A stretch of DNA of 64,000 nucleotides. Origin: Candidatus Latescibacterota bacterium (lineage in GTDB: Bacteria > Latescibacterota > UBA2968 > UBA8231). A program made the position numbers and the translations under genes. Position 1 is the stretch's first letter, and every line of letters begins with the position of its first letter. This document shows positions 29,253 to 39,223 of this stretch, in pieces. Under the pieces are notes generated by a model. The model worked only from the letters and a program-made list of their open reading frames with translations, made no database searches and was not told the DNA's origin. Location: assembly GCA_965200315.1 (NCBI GenBank), contig OZ241362.1, forward strand, positions 4,928,001 to 4,992,000, in the 5' to 3' direction.

Positions 29253-30347
29253 ATGTTACACCGGGCTATGTTCGGCGCGGCCTTGCTGGCTTCTGTCGCC
29301 GAGGGACAACCGCGCTTCGACATCGACTACGTAGAGAGCATCGAGCCGCGAAGTTATGTGGCGTATCGCACGGCTGGGGCTATCGACATTGACGGCAATC
29401 TCGACGAGCCGTCTTGGCAACGGGCGGATTGGACCGAGCCTTTTGTAGATATCGAGGGCGAGCGCAAACCCGTGCCGCGCCTGCAGACGCGGGCCAAGAT
29501 GCTGTGGGACGACGAGTATCTATACATCGCCGCTGATTTGGAGGAGCCGCACGTTTGGGCCACCATTGACCTGCGCGACGCGACGATCTACCAAGAAAAC
29601 GATTTTGAAGTTTTTATCGACCCGGACGGCGATACTCATCAGTACTACGAGTTTGAGATCAATGCCCTCGGCACGGAGTGGGATTTGTTGATGATCAAGC
29701 CCTACCGCGACGGCGGCCCCTACATCAGTGCTTGGGACATCGCCGACCTGCAAACGGCTGTGCGGGTGTGGGGTAGCATTAATGACCCCACTGACGAGGA
29801 CCAGGGCTGGTCGGTGGAGATGGCCTTCCCGTGGGCCGTACTGGCCGAAGCTACATCCCAGAAGGTGCCGCCTCTAGATGGCGATCAATGGCGGATCAAT
29901 TTTTCGCGCGTGCAATGGGCCTTGGCCACCGACGTGGGCAAGTACGTCAAAGTAGCGGACCATAGCCCAGACAACTGGGTTTGGTCGCCGCAAGGGTTGG
30001 TTAATATGCACTACCCGGAAAAGTGGGGGTTCGTGCAGTTTGCCACCGAGGTAGTAGGGCGGCAAGAGGTGTCCTTTCGTCCGGCCGCCGCCGAGGAGGC
30101 CAAGCGCGTTTTGCGCGGAATCTACTATCGCCAACAGAGGTTTCGCCGCGAGCGCAGCTACTATGCGCCTAGCTTGGACTCGCTCGGCATGGAAGCGCGG
30201 GTTTTGCAGTACTTCCGCTGGCCGCCGGTCATCCAAGTGACGGACCACCAGTTTGAGGCGCAGCTAGAGGAAGCGGTTGATTTGGACGAGGATGGCCAGA
30301 TCAACCGCTGGTTCATCCGCGCGGACTCGCGCACTTGGCGCGATTAG
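29253..30347 (+). CDS. Secreted carbohydrate-binding family 9-like (DOMON-like) protein
   Basis: AGGAGG RBS; IDGNLDEPSW, AKMLWDDEYLY, DFEVFIDPDGD, YYEFEINA, WRINFSR, NWVWSPQG. Confidence 0.8.
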   Translation: MLHRAMFGAALLASVAEGQPRFDIDYVESIEPRSYVAYRTAGAIDIDGNLDEPSWQRADWTEPFVDIEGERKPVPRLQTRAKMLWDDEYLYIAADLEEPHVWATIDLRDATIYQENDFEVFIDPDGDTHQYYEFEINALGTEWDLLMIKPYRDGGPYISAWDIADLQTAVRVWGSINDPTDEDQGWSVEMAFPWAVLAEATSQKVPPLDGDQWRINFSRVQWALATDVGKYVKVADHSPDNWVWSPQGLVNMHYPEKWGFVQFATEVVGRQEVSFRPAAAEEAKRVLRGIYYRQQRFRRERSYYAPSLDSLGMEARVLQYFRWPPVIQVTDHQFEAQLEEAVDLDEDGQINRWFIRADSRTWRD

Positions 30348-30423
30348 GGCCGTTGCCCCGCCCGCGAAATCGCCCTATAATGCCTTGCCCATATCCAAGA
30401 ACCATTTTGTCAAGGAGGCCCTT

Positions 30424-30882
30424 GTGAAGAACGGAAAATTAACGCTCTTGATCGCCTGTTGTCTTTTGGCCCCAGCCGCGCCGCTGTGGGCGCACTGCGA
30501 GATTCCCTGCGGCATTTATGGGGACGAGGTGCGTTTTGCCGCGATTGCGGAAGACCTGACGACCATTGAGAAGGCCATGAAGCAGATCGCGGCGCTGGCC
30601 GGCCAAAGCGATGCCCAAAGCGCGAATCAGCTAGCGCGATGGGTGGCGAACAAGGAAGAACACGCCAACAGAATCCAGCACGTCGTCACTCAGTATTTTA
30701 TGACGCAGCGGCTCAAGGCGGTGGAAGAAGGAGACGAGGGAAGGGCCGCATATACCGAGAAGCTGGTGCTTTTGCACAAGATGCTGCGGGGGGCCATGAA
30801 GTGCAAGCAGACGGTGGATGTGGAGGAGGTGGAGAAGATGCGAACCTTGTTACACGAGTTTAAGCACGCCTACCAAAACTGA
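30424..30882 (+). CDS. sodN: Nickel superoxide dismutase with signal peptide
   Basis: AAGGAGG RBS and GTG; leader ending in LWA followed by nickel hook HCEIPCGIY. Confidence 0.9.
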   Translation: MKNGKLTLLIACCLLAPAAPLWAHCEIPCGIYGDEVRFAAIAEDLTTIEKAMKQIAALAGQSDAQSANQLARWVANKEEHANRIQHVVTQYFMTQRLKAVEEGDEGRAAYTEKLVLLHKMLRGAMKCKQTVDVEEVEKMRTLLHEFKHAYQN

Positions 30883-30907
30883 CGGCCTGCGCAAGCCTCA
30901 TTGGTAG

Positions 30908-30944
30908 AAGCCCCGTCTCCCTTTGTGGAGATGGGGCTTTTTTT
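30908..30944 (+). terminator. Rho-independent terminator between convergent genes
   Basis: aagccccgtctcc-ctttgt-ggagatggggctt followed by a T run. Confidence 0.8.
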
Positions 30945-33900
30945 AGCGGAGGAGGATGAGCTTGGCGTATCGCAGGGAGCTATGTTCGATGCGGAAACGG
31001 GCGAAGTACAGACCAGTCGCCGCCCCATGACCGCGTTCGTCGCGGCCATCCCATTGCATCTGATGTATGCCAGCGTGGAGCGGCGCGTTCACCAGCGTGC
31101 GCACAAGCTGGCCTTGGACGTTGTAGATAGCTACGTGAACGGAGGCGGCCTGCTGGAGGTGGAAGCCGAGATGGGCGGTGGTGTTGAAGGGATTGGGCCA
31201 CACTTGAAGCGAGGGGGGCGAGATTTTAGCCGCTGATGCAAAGGGCGCGTCTGGGGCGCGTCCGGGTGAGAAGGCGGCTTGGGTCGGCGAGGCGGTTTGG
31301 TGTGGGACCAAGGCTCCATCGTCTGGTGGCGTACGGACGAGGGATTGGTCGTCGGGCCACGTGGAGTGAGAAAGGAATGCGACCTCATCGCCGCGCTCGC
31401 TGATCAGGTGGATAGACTCGCCGCTGTCGGTCAATCCATCGCCGATAGTTCCGTCGTCCGTATAGACGGGGACGGAAAAATCGGACGGATTGCCACCGCC
31501 GAAGAGGACGACATACGAGCGCGGCTTAATGACGGCCCCGGGCGGGAAGTGGAAGTAATTACTTAGGGAGCTTGCGTCGCCCAACCGCCAGCCAGCTAGA
31601 GAAACGGGCACGGGACCGTCGTTGTACAGTTCGATAAACTCGTCTTCATGCGGATCGCGCCGGCCGTCTCGATTGGCATCGCCAACTCGTCTCTCCGGCG
31701 GATCGGCGAGCACTTCGCTGATGGACAGAGGATAGATTAAAATGGGCCGCGTTTCTGGAGCATGTCCGGCTGAGAAGGGTGCCTCGATTGGCGAGGCGAT
31801 TTTGTGCGGGACCAACGCGCCGCTGTCGGGTGGGGTGCGGACGAGGGACTGGGCGTTGGGCCACGTGGAGTGGAAAAGAGACGCGGCCTCATGGCCATGA
31901 TCGTTGATCAGGTGGATGGCCTCGCCGCTGTCGGCTAGGCCATCGCCGATGGTTCCGTCGTCGGTATAGACGGGGATGGTAAACCCTAAAGGCTTGCCGC
32001 CGCCGAAGAGGACGACATACGAGCGAGGGGCGATGACGGCCTTGGTTGGGAAGCGGAAGTAGTTATTTAGGGAGCCTGCGTCGCCCAACCGCCAACCGGC
32101 TAGGGAAATGGGAACAGAACCGGCGTTGTATAGTTCGATAAATTCGTCTGCATGCGGGTCGTACCGACCGTCGCGGTTCGCGTCGCCGGCCGGTCCCTCG
32201 GGCGGGTCGGCGAGTACTTCGCTGATGACGAGAGGATAGGTCAAAATGGGCCGCGTGGTTGAGGCGTGGCCGGGTGAAAAGGGTGCCTCAATTGGCGAGG
32301 CGGTCTTGTGTGGAACCAAGGGGCCGCTGTCGGGTGGGGTGCGGACGAGGGACTGTTTGGTCGGCCACTCGTCGTGCGAGACGACAGCGATTTCGTGGCC
32401 ATTGTCGTCGGTCAGGCGAATGTCCTCGCCCTTGCTGGTTAGTCCATTGCCGATTTTTCCGTCGTCGGTATAAACGGGGATGGTGAACCCCGATGGAGTG
32501 CCGCCGCCGAAGAGGACGACATAGGAGCGAGGGGCGATGACCGCGTCGGGAGGGAACTGAAAGTGGTTCTTGGGTGCCGTGCTATCGCCCAGTCGCCAAC
32601 CAGCTAGAGAAATAGTGTCCTCCCCAGCGTTGTACAGTTCGACGAATTCGTCTTCATAGGTGTCGCGCCGACCGTCTCGGTTGGCGTCGCCAGCCAGCCT
32701 TGAAGGCGGGTCGGCGAGCACTTCGCTGATGAAGAGGGGATAGTCCGGTTTGGGGATGATATGCGTGTGTCCGGGTGAAAAGGGAGCCTTGATCGTCGAG
32801 ACGGTTTTGTGCGGTACAAGTGCGCCGCTGTCGGAGGGATGGCGGACGAGGGACTGTTTGGTTGGCCACTCGTCGTGCGAGATGACCGCGACTTCCGTGC
32901 CCATGTCGTCGATCAGGCGAATGGCTTCGCCCTTGCCGGTCAGTCCATTGCCGATGCGTCCGTCGTCGGTATAGACGGGGACGGTGAAGCCGGTCGGAGT
33001 GCCGCCGCCGAAGAGGACGACGTAGGAATCAGGCGCGATGACGGCGTCGGCTGGGAACTGAAAGTGAGTATCTGGCGAGGAACTGTCGCCCAACCGCCAG
33101 CCAGCTAAGGCAAGGGTATCTTCGCCGGCGTTGTACAGTTCGATGAATTCGTCTTGGTATCCGTCGCGTTGGCCGTCTTGGTTGGCGTCGCCGACCGCTC
33201 CCGTAGGCGGGTCGGCGAGCACTTCGCTGATGCCGACCGAGTAAGTGGGTGGGGGATCGGGGTTTGGGTCGGGATCAGGGTCCGGATCGGGATCGGGTTC
33301 GGGTTCGGGGTCAGGATCAGGGTCAGGATCGGGCACTTGCGGGTCGGCATCGGTAGCACTTCCGGGTGAAAAGGGTGCTTGTGTCGACGAGACGGTTTTG
33401 TGCGGTACAAGTGCGCCGCTGTCGGGTGGATGGCGGACGAGGGACTGGTCGTTGGGCCACTCGTCGTGCGAGATGACCGCGACCATATCGCCGCTGTCGT
33501 TGGTCAGTTGAACATCCTCGCCTTTGTTAGTCAGTCCGTTGCCGATGCGTCCGTCGTCGATATAGACGGGGACGGTGAAGCCGGTTGGGTTGCCGCCGCC
33601 GAAGAGGACGACATACGAGCCGGGGGCGATGACGGCGTCGGCTGGGAATTGAAAGTGAGTATCTGGCGAGGAACTGTCGCCCAACCGCCAGCCAGCTAAG
33701 GCAAGGGTGTCTTCGCCGGCGTTGTACAGTTCGATGAATTCGTCTTGGTATCCGTCGCGTTGGCCGTCTTGGTTGGCGTCGCCGGCAGCTCCCGTAGGCG
33801 GGTCGGCGAGCACTTCGCTGATGCCGACCGAGTAAGTGGGTTCGGGATCGGGTTCGGGATCGGGTTCGGGATCGGGTTCGGGGTCAGGTTCGGGTTCGGG

Positions 33901-35655
33901 GTCAGGTTCCGGCTCCGAACCGGCATCTATGGGGCTTCCGGGTGAAAAGGGAGCTTGCGTCGGCGAGACGGTCTTGTGCGGTACAAGCGTGCCGCTGTCG
34001 GGTGGATGGCGGACGAGGGACTGGTCGTTGGGCCACTCGTCGTGCGATACGACCGCGACCATATCGCCGCTGTCGTTGGTCAGTTGAACATCCTCGCCTT
34101 TGTTAGTCAGTCCGTTGCCGATGCGTCCGTCGTCGATATAGACGGGGACGGTGAATCCGGTTGGGTTGCCGCCGCCGAAGAGGACGACATACGAGCCGGG
34201 GGCAATGACGGCGTCGGCTGGGAATTGAAAGTGGGTGCCCGGTGCGGTGCTGTCGCCCAACCGCCAGCCAGCTAAGGCAAGGGTGTCTTCGCCGGCGTTG
34301 TACAGTTCGATGAATTCGTCTTGGTATCCGTCGCGTTGGCCGTCTTGGTTGGCGTCGCCGGCAGCTCCCGTAGGCGGGTCGGCGAGCACTTCGCTGATGC
34401 CGACCGAGTAAGTGGATGGGGATTCGGGGTTTGGTTCGGGTTCGGGATCAGGTTCCGGCTCCGGTTCAGGTTCGGGTTCGGGATCAGGTTCCGGCTCCGG
34501 TTCAGGTTCGGGTTCGGGGTCAGGTTCCGGCTCCGAACCGGCATCTATGGGGCTTCCGGGTGAAAAGGGTGCTTGTGTCAGCGAGACGTTTTTGTGCGGT
34601 ACAAGTGCGCCGCTGTTGGGTGGATGGCGGACGAGGGACTGGTCGTTGGGCCACTCGTCGTGCGATACGACCGCGACCATATCGCCGCTGTCGTCGGTTA
34701 GGCGGATGGCCTCGCCGCTGTTGGTCAGTCCGTTGCCGATGCGTCCGTCGTCGATATAGACGGGGACGGTGAAGCCGGTCGGAGTGCCGCCGCCGAAGAG
34801 GACGACGTAGGAATCAGGCGCGATGACGGCGTCGGCTGGGAACTGGAAATGGGTGTCCGGTGCGGTGCTGTCGCCCAACCGCCAGCCAGCTAAGGCAAGA
34901 GTGTCTTCGCCGGCGTTGTACAGTTCGATGAACTCGTCTTGGTATCCGTCGCGTTGGCCGTCTTGGTTGGCGTCGCCGGCAGCTCCCGTAGGCGGATCGG
35001 CCAGCACTTCGCTGATGACGACCGAGTAAGTGGGTGGGGGTTCGGGGTTTGGGTCGGGATCAGGTTCCGGTTCGGGTTCGGGGTCAGGGTCGGGATCGGG
35101 CACTTGCGGGCCGGCATCGGTAGCACTTCCGGGTGAAAAGGGTGCTTGCGTCGGCGAGACGGTTTTGTGCGGGACCAACTCGTCGCCATCGGGTGGATGG
35201 CGGACGAGGGACTGGTCGTTGGGCCACTCGTCGTGCGAGATGACCGCGACCGTATCGCCGCTGTCGTCGGTCAGTTGAACATCCTCGCCTTTGTTAGTCA
35301 GTCCGTTGCCGATGCGTCCGTCGTCGGTATAGACGGGGACGGTGAATCCGGTTGGGTTGCCGCCGCCGAAGAGGACGACGTAGGAATCAGGCGCGATGAC
35401 GGCGTCGGCTGGGAATTGAAAGTGGGTGTCCGGTGCGGTGCTGTCGCCCAACCGCCAGCCAGCTAAGGCAAGAGTGTCTTCGCCGGCGTTGTACAGTTCG
35501 ATGAACTCGTCTTGGTATCCGTCGCGCTGGCCGTCTTGGTTGGCGTCGCCGGCAGCTCCCGTAGGCGGATCGGCCAGCACTTCGCTGATGACGACCGAGG
35601 CTTCAGCAAAGGATGCACATCCAAGCGCGATAATGAGGGACAGGAGACGGGCCAT
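30943..35655 (-). CDS. Secreted protein with 8 lamin-tail (LTD) domains, Pro-Glu/Pro-Asp linkers and T9SS type-A/FlgD C-terminal domain
   Basis: Signal peptide; 8x ISEVLADPP...DEF(I/V)ELYN; C-terminal VWPNPFN...IYNVQGQLVRTL...WDGRD...GLYF..KLILLR. Confidence 0.88.
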   Translation of the reverse strand: MARLLSLIIALGCASFAEASVVISEVLADPPTGAAGDANQDGQRDGYQDEFIELYNAGEDTLALAGWRLGDSTAPDTHFQFPADAVIAPDSYVVLFGGGNPTGFTVPVYTDDGRIGNGLTNKGEDVQLTDDSGDTVAVISHDEWPNDQSLVRHPPDGDELVPHKTVSPTQAPFSPGSATDAGPQVPDPDPDPEPEPEPDPDPNPEPPPTYSVVISEVLADPPTGAAGDANQDGQRDGYQDEFIELYNAGEDTLALAGWRLGDSTAPDTHFQFPADAVIAPDSYVVLFGGGTPTGFTVPVYIDDGRIGNGLTNSGEAIRLTDDSGDMVAVVSHDEWPNDQSLVRHPPNSGALVPHKNVSLTQAPFSPGSPIDAGSEPEPDPEPEPEPEPEPDPEPEPEPEPEPDPEPEPNPESPSTYSVGISEVLADPPTGAAGDANQDGQRDGYQDEFIELYNAGEDTLALAGWRLGDSTAPGTHFQFPADAVIAPGSYVVLFGGGNPTGFTVPVYIDDGRIGNGLTNKGEDVQLTNDSGDMVAVVSHDEWPNDQSLVRHPPDSGTLVPHKTVSPTQAPFSPGSPIDAGSEPEPDPEPEPDPEPDPEPDPEPDPEPTYSVGISEVLADPPTGAAGDANQDGQRDGYQDEFIELYNAGEDTLALAGWRLGDSSSPDTHFQFPADAVIAPGSYVVLFGGGNPTGFTVPVYIDDGRIGNGLTNKGEDVQLTNDSGDMVAVISHDEWPNDQSLVRHPPDSGALVPHKTVSSTQAPFSPGSATDADPQVPDPDPDPDPEPEPDPDPDPDPDPNPDPPPTYSVGISEVLADPPTGAVGDANQDGQRDGYQDEFIELYNAGEDTLALAGWRLGDSSSPDTHFQFPADAVIAPDSYVVLFGGGTPTGFTVPVYTDDGRIGNGLTGKGEAIRLIDDMGTEVAVISHDEWPTKQSLVRHPSDSGALVPHKTVSTIKAPFSPGHTHIIPKPDYPLFISEVLADPPSRLAGDANRDGRRDTYEDEFVELYNAGEDTISLAGWRLGDSTAPKNHFQFPPDAVIAPRSYVVLFGGGTPSGFTIPVYTDDGKIGNGLTSKGEDIRLTDDNGHEIAVVSHDEWPTKQSLVRTPPDSGPLVPHKTASPIEAPFSPGHASTTRPILTYPLVISEVLADPPEGPAGDANRDGRYDPHADEFIELYNAGSVPISLAGWRLGDAGSLNNYFRFPTKAVIAPRSYVVLFGGGKPLGFTIPVYTDDGTIGDGLADSGEAIHLINDHGHEAASLFHSTWPNAQSLVRTPPDSGALVPHKIASPIEAPFSAGHAPETRPILIYPLSISEVLADPPERRVGDANRDGRRDPHEDEFIELYNDGPVPVSLAGWRLGDASSLSNYFHFPPGAVIKPRSYVVLFGGGNPSDFSVPVYTDDGTIGDGLTDSGESIHLISERGDEVAFLSHSTWPDDQSLVRTPPDDGALVPHQTASPTQAAFSPGRAPDAPFASAAKISPPSLQVWPNPFNTTAHLGFHLQQAASVHVAIYNVQGQLVRTLVNAPLHAGIHQMQWDGRDERGHGAATGLYFARFRIEHSSLRYAKLILLR
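31270..35590 (-). repeat. Eight intragenic tandem repeats with periods of 501-618 bp; the first five nearly identical
   Basis: The repeat anchor (c/t)acttcgctgatg recurs at 35578, 35005, 34387, 33811, 33220, 32719, 32215 and 31711. Confidence 0.9.
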
Positions 35656-35908
35656 GATCCTGCTTATGCAAAAAGCAGGCCAAACCGTTGACAAAACTGT
35701 TATTCCATTAGGAACAGGTAGTTACGTGAAGGCCGTTGAGCTTTGAGCCCGACGATAGTGGCCCATTTAGGACACAGTGGAGCAGACTACGGGTAACGCT
35801 TCTCACATCACGCCGCGGGGACTCCAGCGGTGGCACAACAAGGCGTGGATGGGACGGGCGGTCTGGGCGACTTTGTTCATTGGAATTTTTTGAATAAGTG
35901 GATGTTTC

Positions 35909-36823
35909 TCAATCCCAGCGATAGGTGCGAGCGCCGCGACTGGAGACGCGGGCGAACTTCCAAGCCGTCAGCCACTCTTGGCGATCGCGGACGACCAGTT
36001 CAGGATGCTCTTGGCTGCGGACGAGAAGGCCGGGTAGGTGGGGCCGGCCATTGGGCTTGCGGGCGTCGTTCCAGCGCAGGTCCATGCTCCAGCGAATCGC
36101 GTCTGAGCAGTTGGGTTGGCTGCCGTGCGGGGTGCGGCAGTGGATGGCGATTAGGCCACCGCGTTGGACGGGGATGGTGACCGGAGCCCAAGGCGGCAAT
36201 TCTTCGGGTGCGACGGTGAAGCTGCCGCCTTGATCGGCGGGCGGGCGGATGTGCCGGCGCAGCGGCTCCTTGTGACAGCGGGGATAAATCATCAGAGTGC
36301 CGTTTTCTTCGTCGGCATCGACGAGGGGAATCCAGGTAGTGACGACGAGCGTGTCGTCGGCTTCGGGTAACAACACGCCGAGGTCTTGGTGCCAAGCGGT
36401 GGAGCGCGCCCATTCGTTTTGCGAGAAGTTGCCGGCGTACTCGTCGCTGGCCGGGACTTTGGCGCGGATGTGCTGGCAGGGGTTGGCGTAGATTTCCGGG
36501 CCGATCAGGGACTCGATCAGGTCGAGCAGCCGTGGATTGTGCAAAAAGGCGAAGATGTTGGGCCCTAGATTGGCGGGGAAGTTGATGCCGGCTGTGGCAT
36601 TGGCGTCGGCTTTGGCGAGGAAAATCAGGCGTTGGGCAAAAGGCAGCTCTGCATAGTCGCGGTCTATTTTGCCGGCGGCTAGCAGGCGTTGGGCTGCTTG
36701 ATCGATGATTTCTTCCAGTTCCGCTTGGATTGGATCTAGGTCTTCGGGAGCCAAGGCGTCGGGCACATGGACGTAGCCCTCGGCGTGGAAGAATGCGAGC
36801 TGCTCCGAGCTGAGGCCGGACAT
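35909..36823 (-). CDS. PhyH-family dioxygenase
   Basis: LSSEQLAFFHAEGY, WHQD, WIPLVDADEENG, TPHGS. Confidence 0.88.
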   Translation of the reverse strand: MSGLSSEQLAFFHAEGYVHVPDALAPEDLDPIQAELEEIIDQAAQRLLAAGKIDRDYAELPFAQRLIFLAKADANATAGINFPANLGPNIFAFLHNPRLLDLIESLIGPEIYANPCQHIRAKVPASDEYAGNFSQNEWARSTAWHQDLGVLLPEADDTLVVTTWIPLVDADEENGTLMIYPRCHKEPLRRHIRPPADQGGSFTVAPEELPPWAPVTIPVQRGGLIAIHCRTPHGSQPNCSDAIRWSMDLRWNDARKPNGRPHLPGLLVRSQEHPELVVRDRQEWLTAWKFARVSSRGARTYRWD

Positions 36824-36831
36824 GGCGCGTT

Positions 36832-37758
36832 TTAGAAGGTGCCGATGATCGAGACCCGATGGATTTGGCCTAAGTCGGGAGAGGACGAGTAGGCGTAATC
36901 GATTGCGTAACGGTCCATGATTAGGCCGGCCCCGGCGCTCAGGCCCAGCGGCTCCTCGTCTTGGGTGCCGGTCTGTTGGGTAGTGTAACCGGGCCGGATG
37001 TAGAGACCACCAGCGAGTTCGACCTCAAGGCCGAAGGATAGGTAAGAGTCGTTGTCGTTGGGCAGGTTGAAATCGGCCACCAAGAGCACGGGCACCAGCA
37101 GGTGCGCGAGGTGATGGGCCATGCCCAAGCGAATGTGTACCGGTAGCGAGTCCTTGAATCCCTCGGTATAACCCGAGCGCACAAAACCAAGGTTGGAGAT
37201 TGTCGCGCCGAGAGTCGTGCCCTTGACCGGGGCGCGGACTAGGATGCCTAGATCGGCGAGATAAGCGTCTGAAGAAAACTCGGCGATGTTTGAATAGACG
37301 GCTTTTAGATTGGCACCCACGGCCAGCCAGTCTGGCCCAAGCTGTTGGGCAATGGACAGATAAGCGGCGAGATCGGTTGCCGAGAAAGTCCCCAAATCGC
37401 GCCCTTCCACATCCGTGTGTTGCAAGTCGCCGTAGGATACGTAGTGGACGCTCAGGGCGTGTACGCGCGACCCGTTGGGGGCGGCGATGGAGGCGAAGCC
37501 GGCTTGGGAATCGACGAAATAGCTGTTGTAGGCGAGCGCGGCCGTGCGCTCACTTAAACCGAAAAGTCCAGCGGGATTCCACGCCGAGGCCTCGATGTTG
37601 CCAGACACCGCCGCATAGGCCCCGCCGAGTGCAGCAGCGCGGGTGCCGACGCCGATCTTGAGAAAGTTGAAACCCGTAGTACCGGCGTTGGGGTTGATCG
37701 CCGCCGCAGGCGTCAAGGTCGAAAGTAGGATGCAGGCCGCGAGGGTGTAGTATCTCAT
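36832..37758 (-). CDS. PorV/PorQ-family outer-membrane beta-barrel protein
   Basis: Signal peptide; FLKIGVGTRAAALGGAYAA...WNPAGL; alternating beta-strands; C-terminal Phe. Confidence 0.75.
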   Translation of the reverse strand: MRYYTLAACILLSTLTPAAAINPNAGTTGFNFLKIGVGTRAAALGGAYAAVSGNIEASAWNPAGLFGLSERTAALAYNSYFVDSQAGFASIAAPNGSRVHALSVHYVSYGDLQHTDVEGRDLGTFSATDLAAYLSIAQQLGPDWLAVGANLKAVYSNIAEFSSDAYLADLGILVRAPVKGTTLGATISNLGFVRSGYTEGFKDSLPVHIRLGMAHHLAHLLVPVLLVADFNLPNDNDSYLSFGLEVELAGGLYIRPGYTTQQTGTQDEEPLGLSAGAGLIMDRYAIDYAYSSSPDLGQIHRVSIIGTF

Positions 37759-37774
37759 GGTTGGTCTCCAGATT

Positions 37775-39220
37775 TCAGGCGGCTGCCCGTTCGAGGGCAT
37801 GGGCTGAGCGCAGCAGGCGAGCCTCTTCAAGGGGCGGGGCCAATAGTTGTACACCGATGGGCAAGTCGCCGTGGCTTTGGGCAAAGGGCACGGATATGGC
37901 AGGAATTCCGGCGAGGTTGACCGAGGCCGTGTAGATGTCGTTGAGGTACATCTGCAAGGGATCGTCGAGTTGTTCGCCGAGGCGGAAGGCGACGGTCGGG
38001 GCCACGGGCGAGATCAGCACGTCGCAGGCGGCAAAAGCGCGGGCAAAGTCTTGGCGGATCAGGGTGCGCACCTGCTGGGCCTTGCGGTAGTAAGCGTCGT
38101 AATAGCCGGCGCTCAGGGCATAGGCCCCAAGCATGATGCGGCGCTTTACCTCGGTACCGAAGCCCTCGCTCCGCGTTTGCAAATACATCTCTTGCAGGTC
38201 GGTGCTGCCTTCGGCGCGATAGCCGTATTTGACGCCGTCGTAGCGCGCGAGATTGGCCGATGCCTCGGCCATGGCGATGATGTAATAGGTACTGATGCAG
38301 TATTCGGGGTGGCCGGCCACGGGTAACTCGACATCCACGAGCTCGGCTCCTGCATCCGCAAGGGCGTTGGCAGCATCTTGGGCCGCAGCGGCTACTTCCG
38401 AGTCGAGGGCAGCGGGAAAATGCTCGTGCGCCAAGCCCACTTTTAGGCCGCGGACATCCCGGTTGAGCGCGGCCCGATAGTCGGGCACGAGGGCGGAGCT
38501 GGAAGTCGAGTCGCGGGGGTCGTGCCCAGCGATGGCTTGGAGCAGGAGGGCAGCGTCTTCGACGTCTTTGGTCACCGGGCCGATTTGGTCGAGCGAGGAA
38601 GCGTAGGCTATAAGCCCATAGCGCGAAACGCGGCCGTAGGTGGGCTTGAGGCCCACGACTCCGCAGTAGCTGGCCGGTTGGCGCACCGAGCCGCCAGTGT
38701 CTGAGCCGAGGGCGAGGATGGTCTCGTCGGCGGCTACGGCCGCGGCCGATCCACCGCTGGAGCCGCCCGGCACTCGCTCGGGGTCGCGGGGGTTTAAGGT
38801 GGGGCCAAAATAGGAGTTTTCGCAGGACGAGCCCATGGCGAACTCGTCCATGTTGGTCTTGCCGATGAAGACGGCGTCGGCGTCGCGCAGCCGCTCGACG
38901 GCCGTGGCGTCGTAGGGGGCGATGAAGTGTTCGAGGATTTTCGAGCCACAGGTGGTGCGCCCGCCGCGCACGCAGAGGACGTCCTTGAGGGCCAAGGGAA
39001 TGCCGGCCAAAGGCCCCAAAGCCGCGCCCGCTGTGCGCCGCTGGTCAATGTCGTCGGCGTGGGCTAGGGCACTCTCTGGCTCTACGCTGATGAAGGCGTT
39101 GATCTGGCCATCGATTGCGCCGATGCGGTCAAGCGCGGCCTCAACGAGCTGACGGGCAGTGATTTCCCCTTGTTGCAGGCGAGTACTGAGTTCGTGGGCA
39201 GTGGCTTGGTTGAGCGCCAT
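37775..39220 (-). CDS. gatA: Asp/Glu-tRNA amidotransferase subunit A
   Basis: [51 protein letters not shown]. Confidence 0.95.
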   Translation of the reverse strand: MALNQATAHELSTRLQQGEITARQLVEAALDRIGAIDGQINAFISVEPESALAHADDIDQRRTAGAALGPLAGIPLALKDVLCVRGGRTTCGSKILEHFIAPYDATAVERLRDADAVFIGKTNMDEFAMGSSCENSYFGPTLNPRDPERVPGGSSGGSAAAVAADETILALGSDTGGSVRQPASYCGVVGLKPTYGRVSRYGLIAYASSLDQIGPVTKDVEDAALLLQAIAGHDPRDSTSSSALVPDYRAALNRDVRGLKVGLAHEHFPAALDSEVAAAAQDAANALADAGAELVDVELPVAGHPEYCISTYYIIAMAEASANLARYDGVKYGYRAEGSTDLQEMYLQTRSEGFGTEVKRRIMLGAYALSAGYYDAYYRKAQQVRTLIRQDFARAFAACDVLISPVAPTVAFRLGEQLDDPLQMYLNDIYTASVNLAGIPAISVPFAQSHGDLPIGVQLLAPPLEEARLLRSAHALERAAA

Positions 39221-39223
39221 GAG

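Noticed and set aside
33245-35278. Plus-strand poly-GS ORFs
   Set aside because: Antisense shadows of the Pro-Glu/Pro-Asp linkers
31270-35590. Regularly spaced repeats as a CRISPR array or DGR template/variable repeats
   Set aside because: Units are 500-620 bp in-frame protein domains; no short repeat-spacer pattern, cas genes or reverse transcriptase; differences do not look adenine-specific
35760-35850. Possible TPP or NiCo riboswitch
   Set aside because: Only short partial matches (tgaga..acccgt; gagcag); the required stems could not be built
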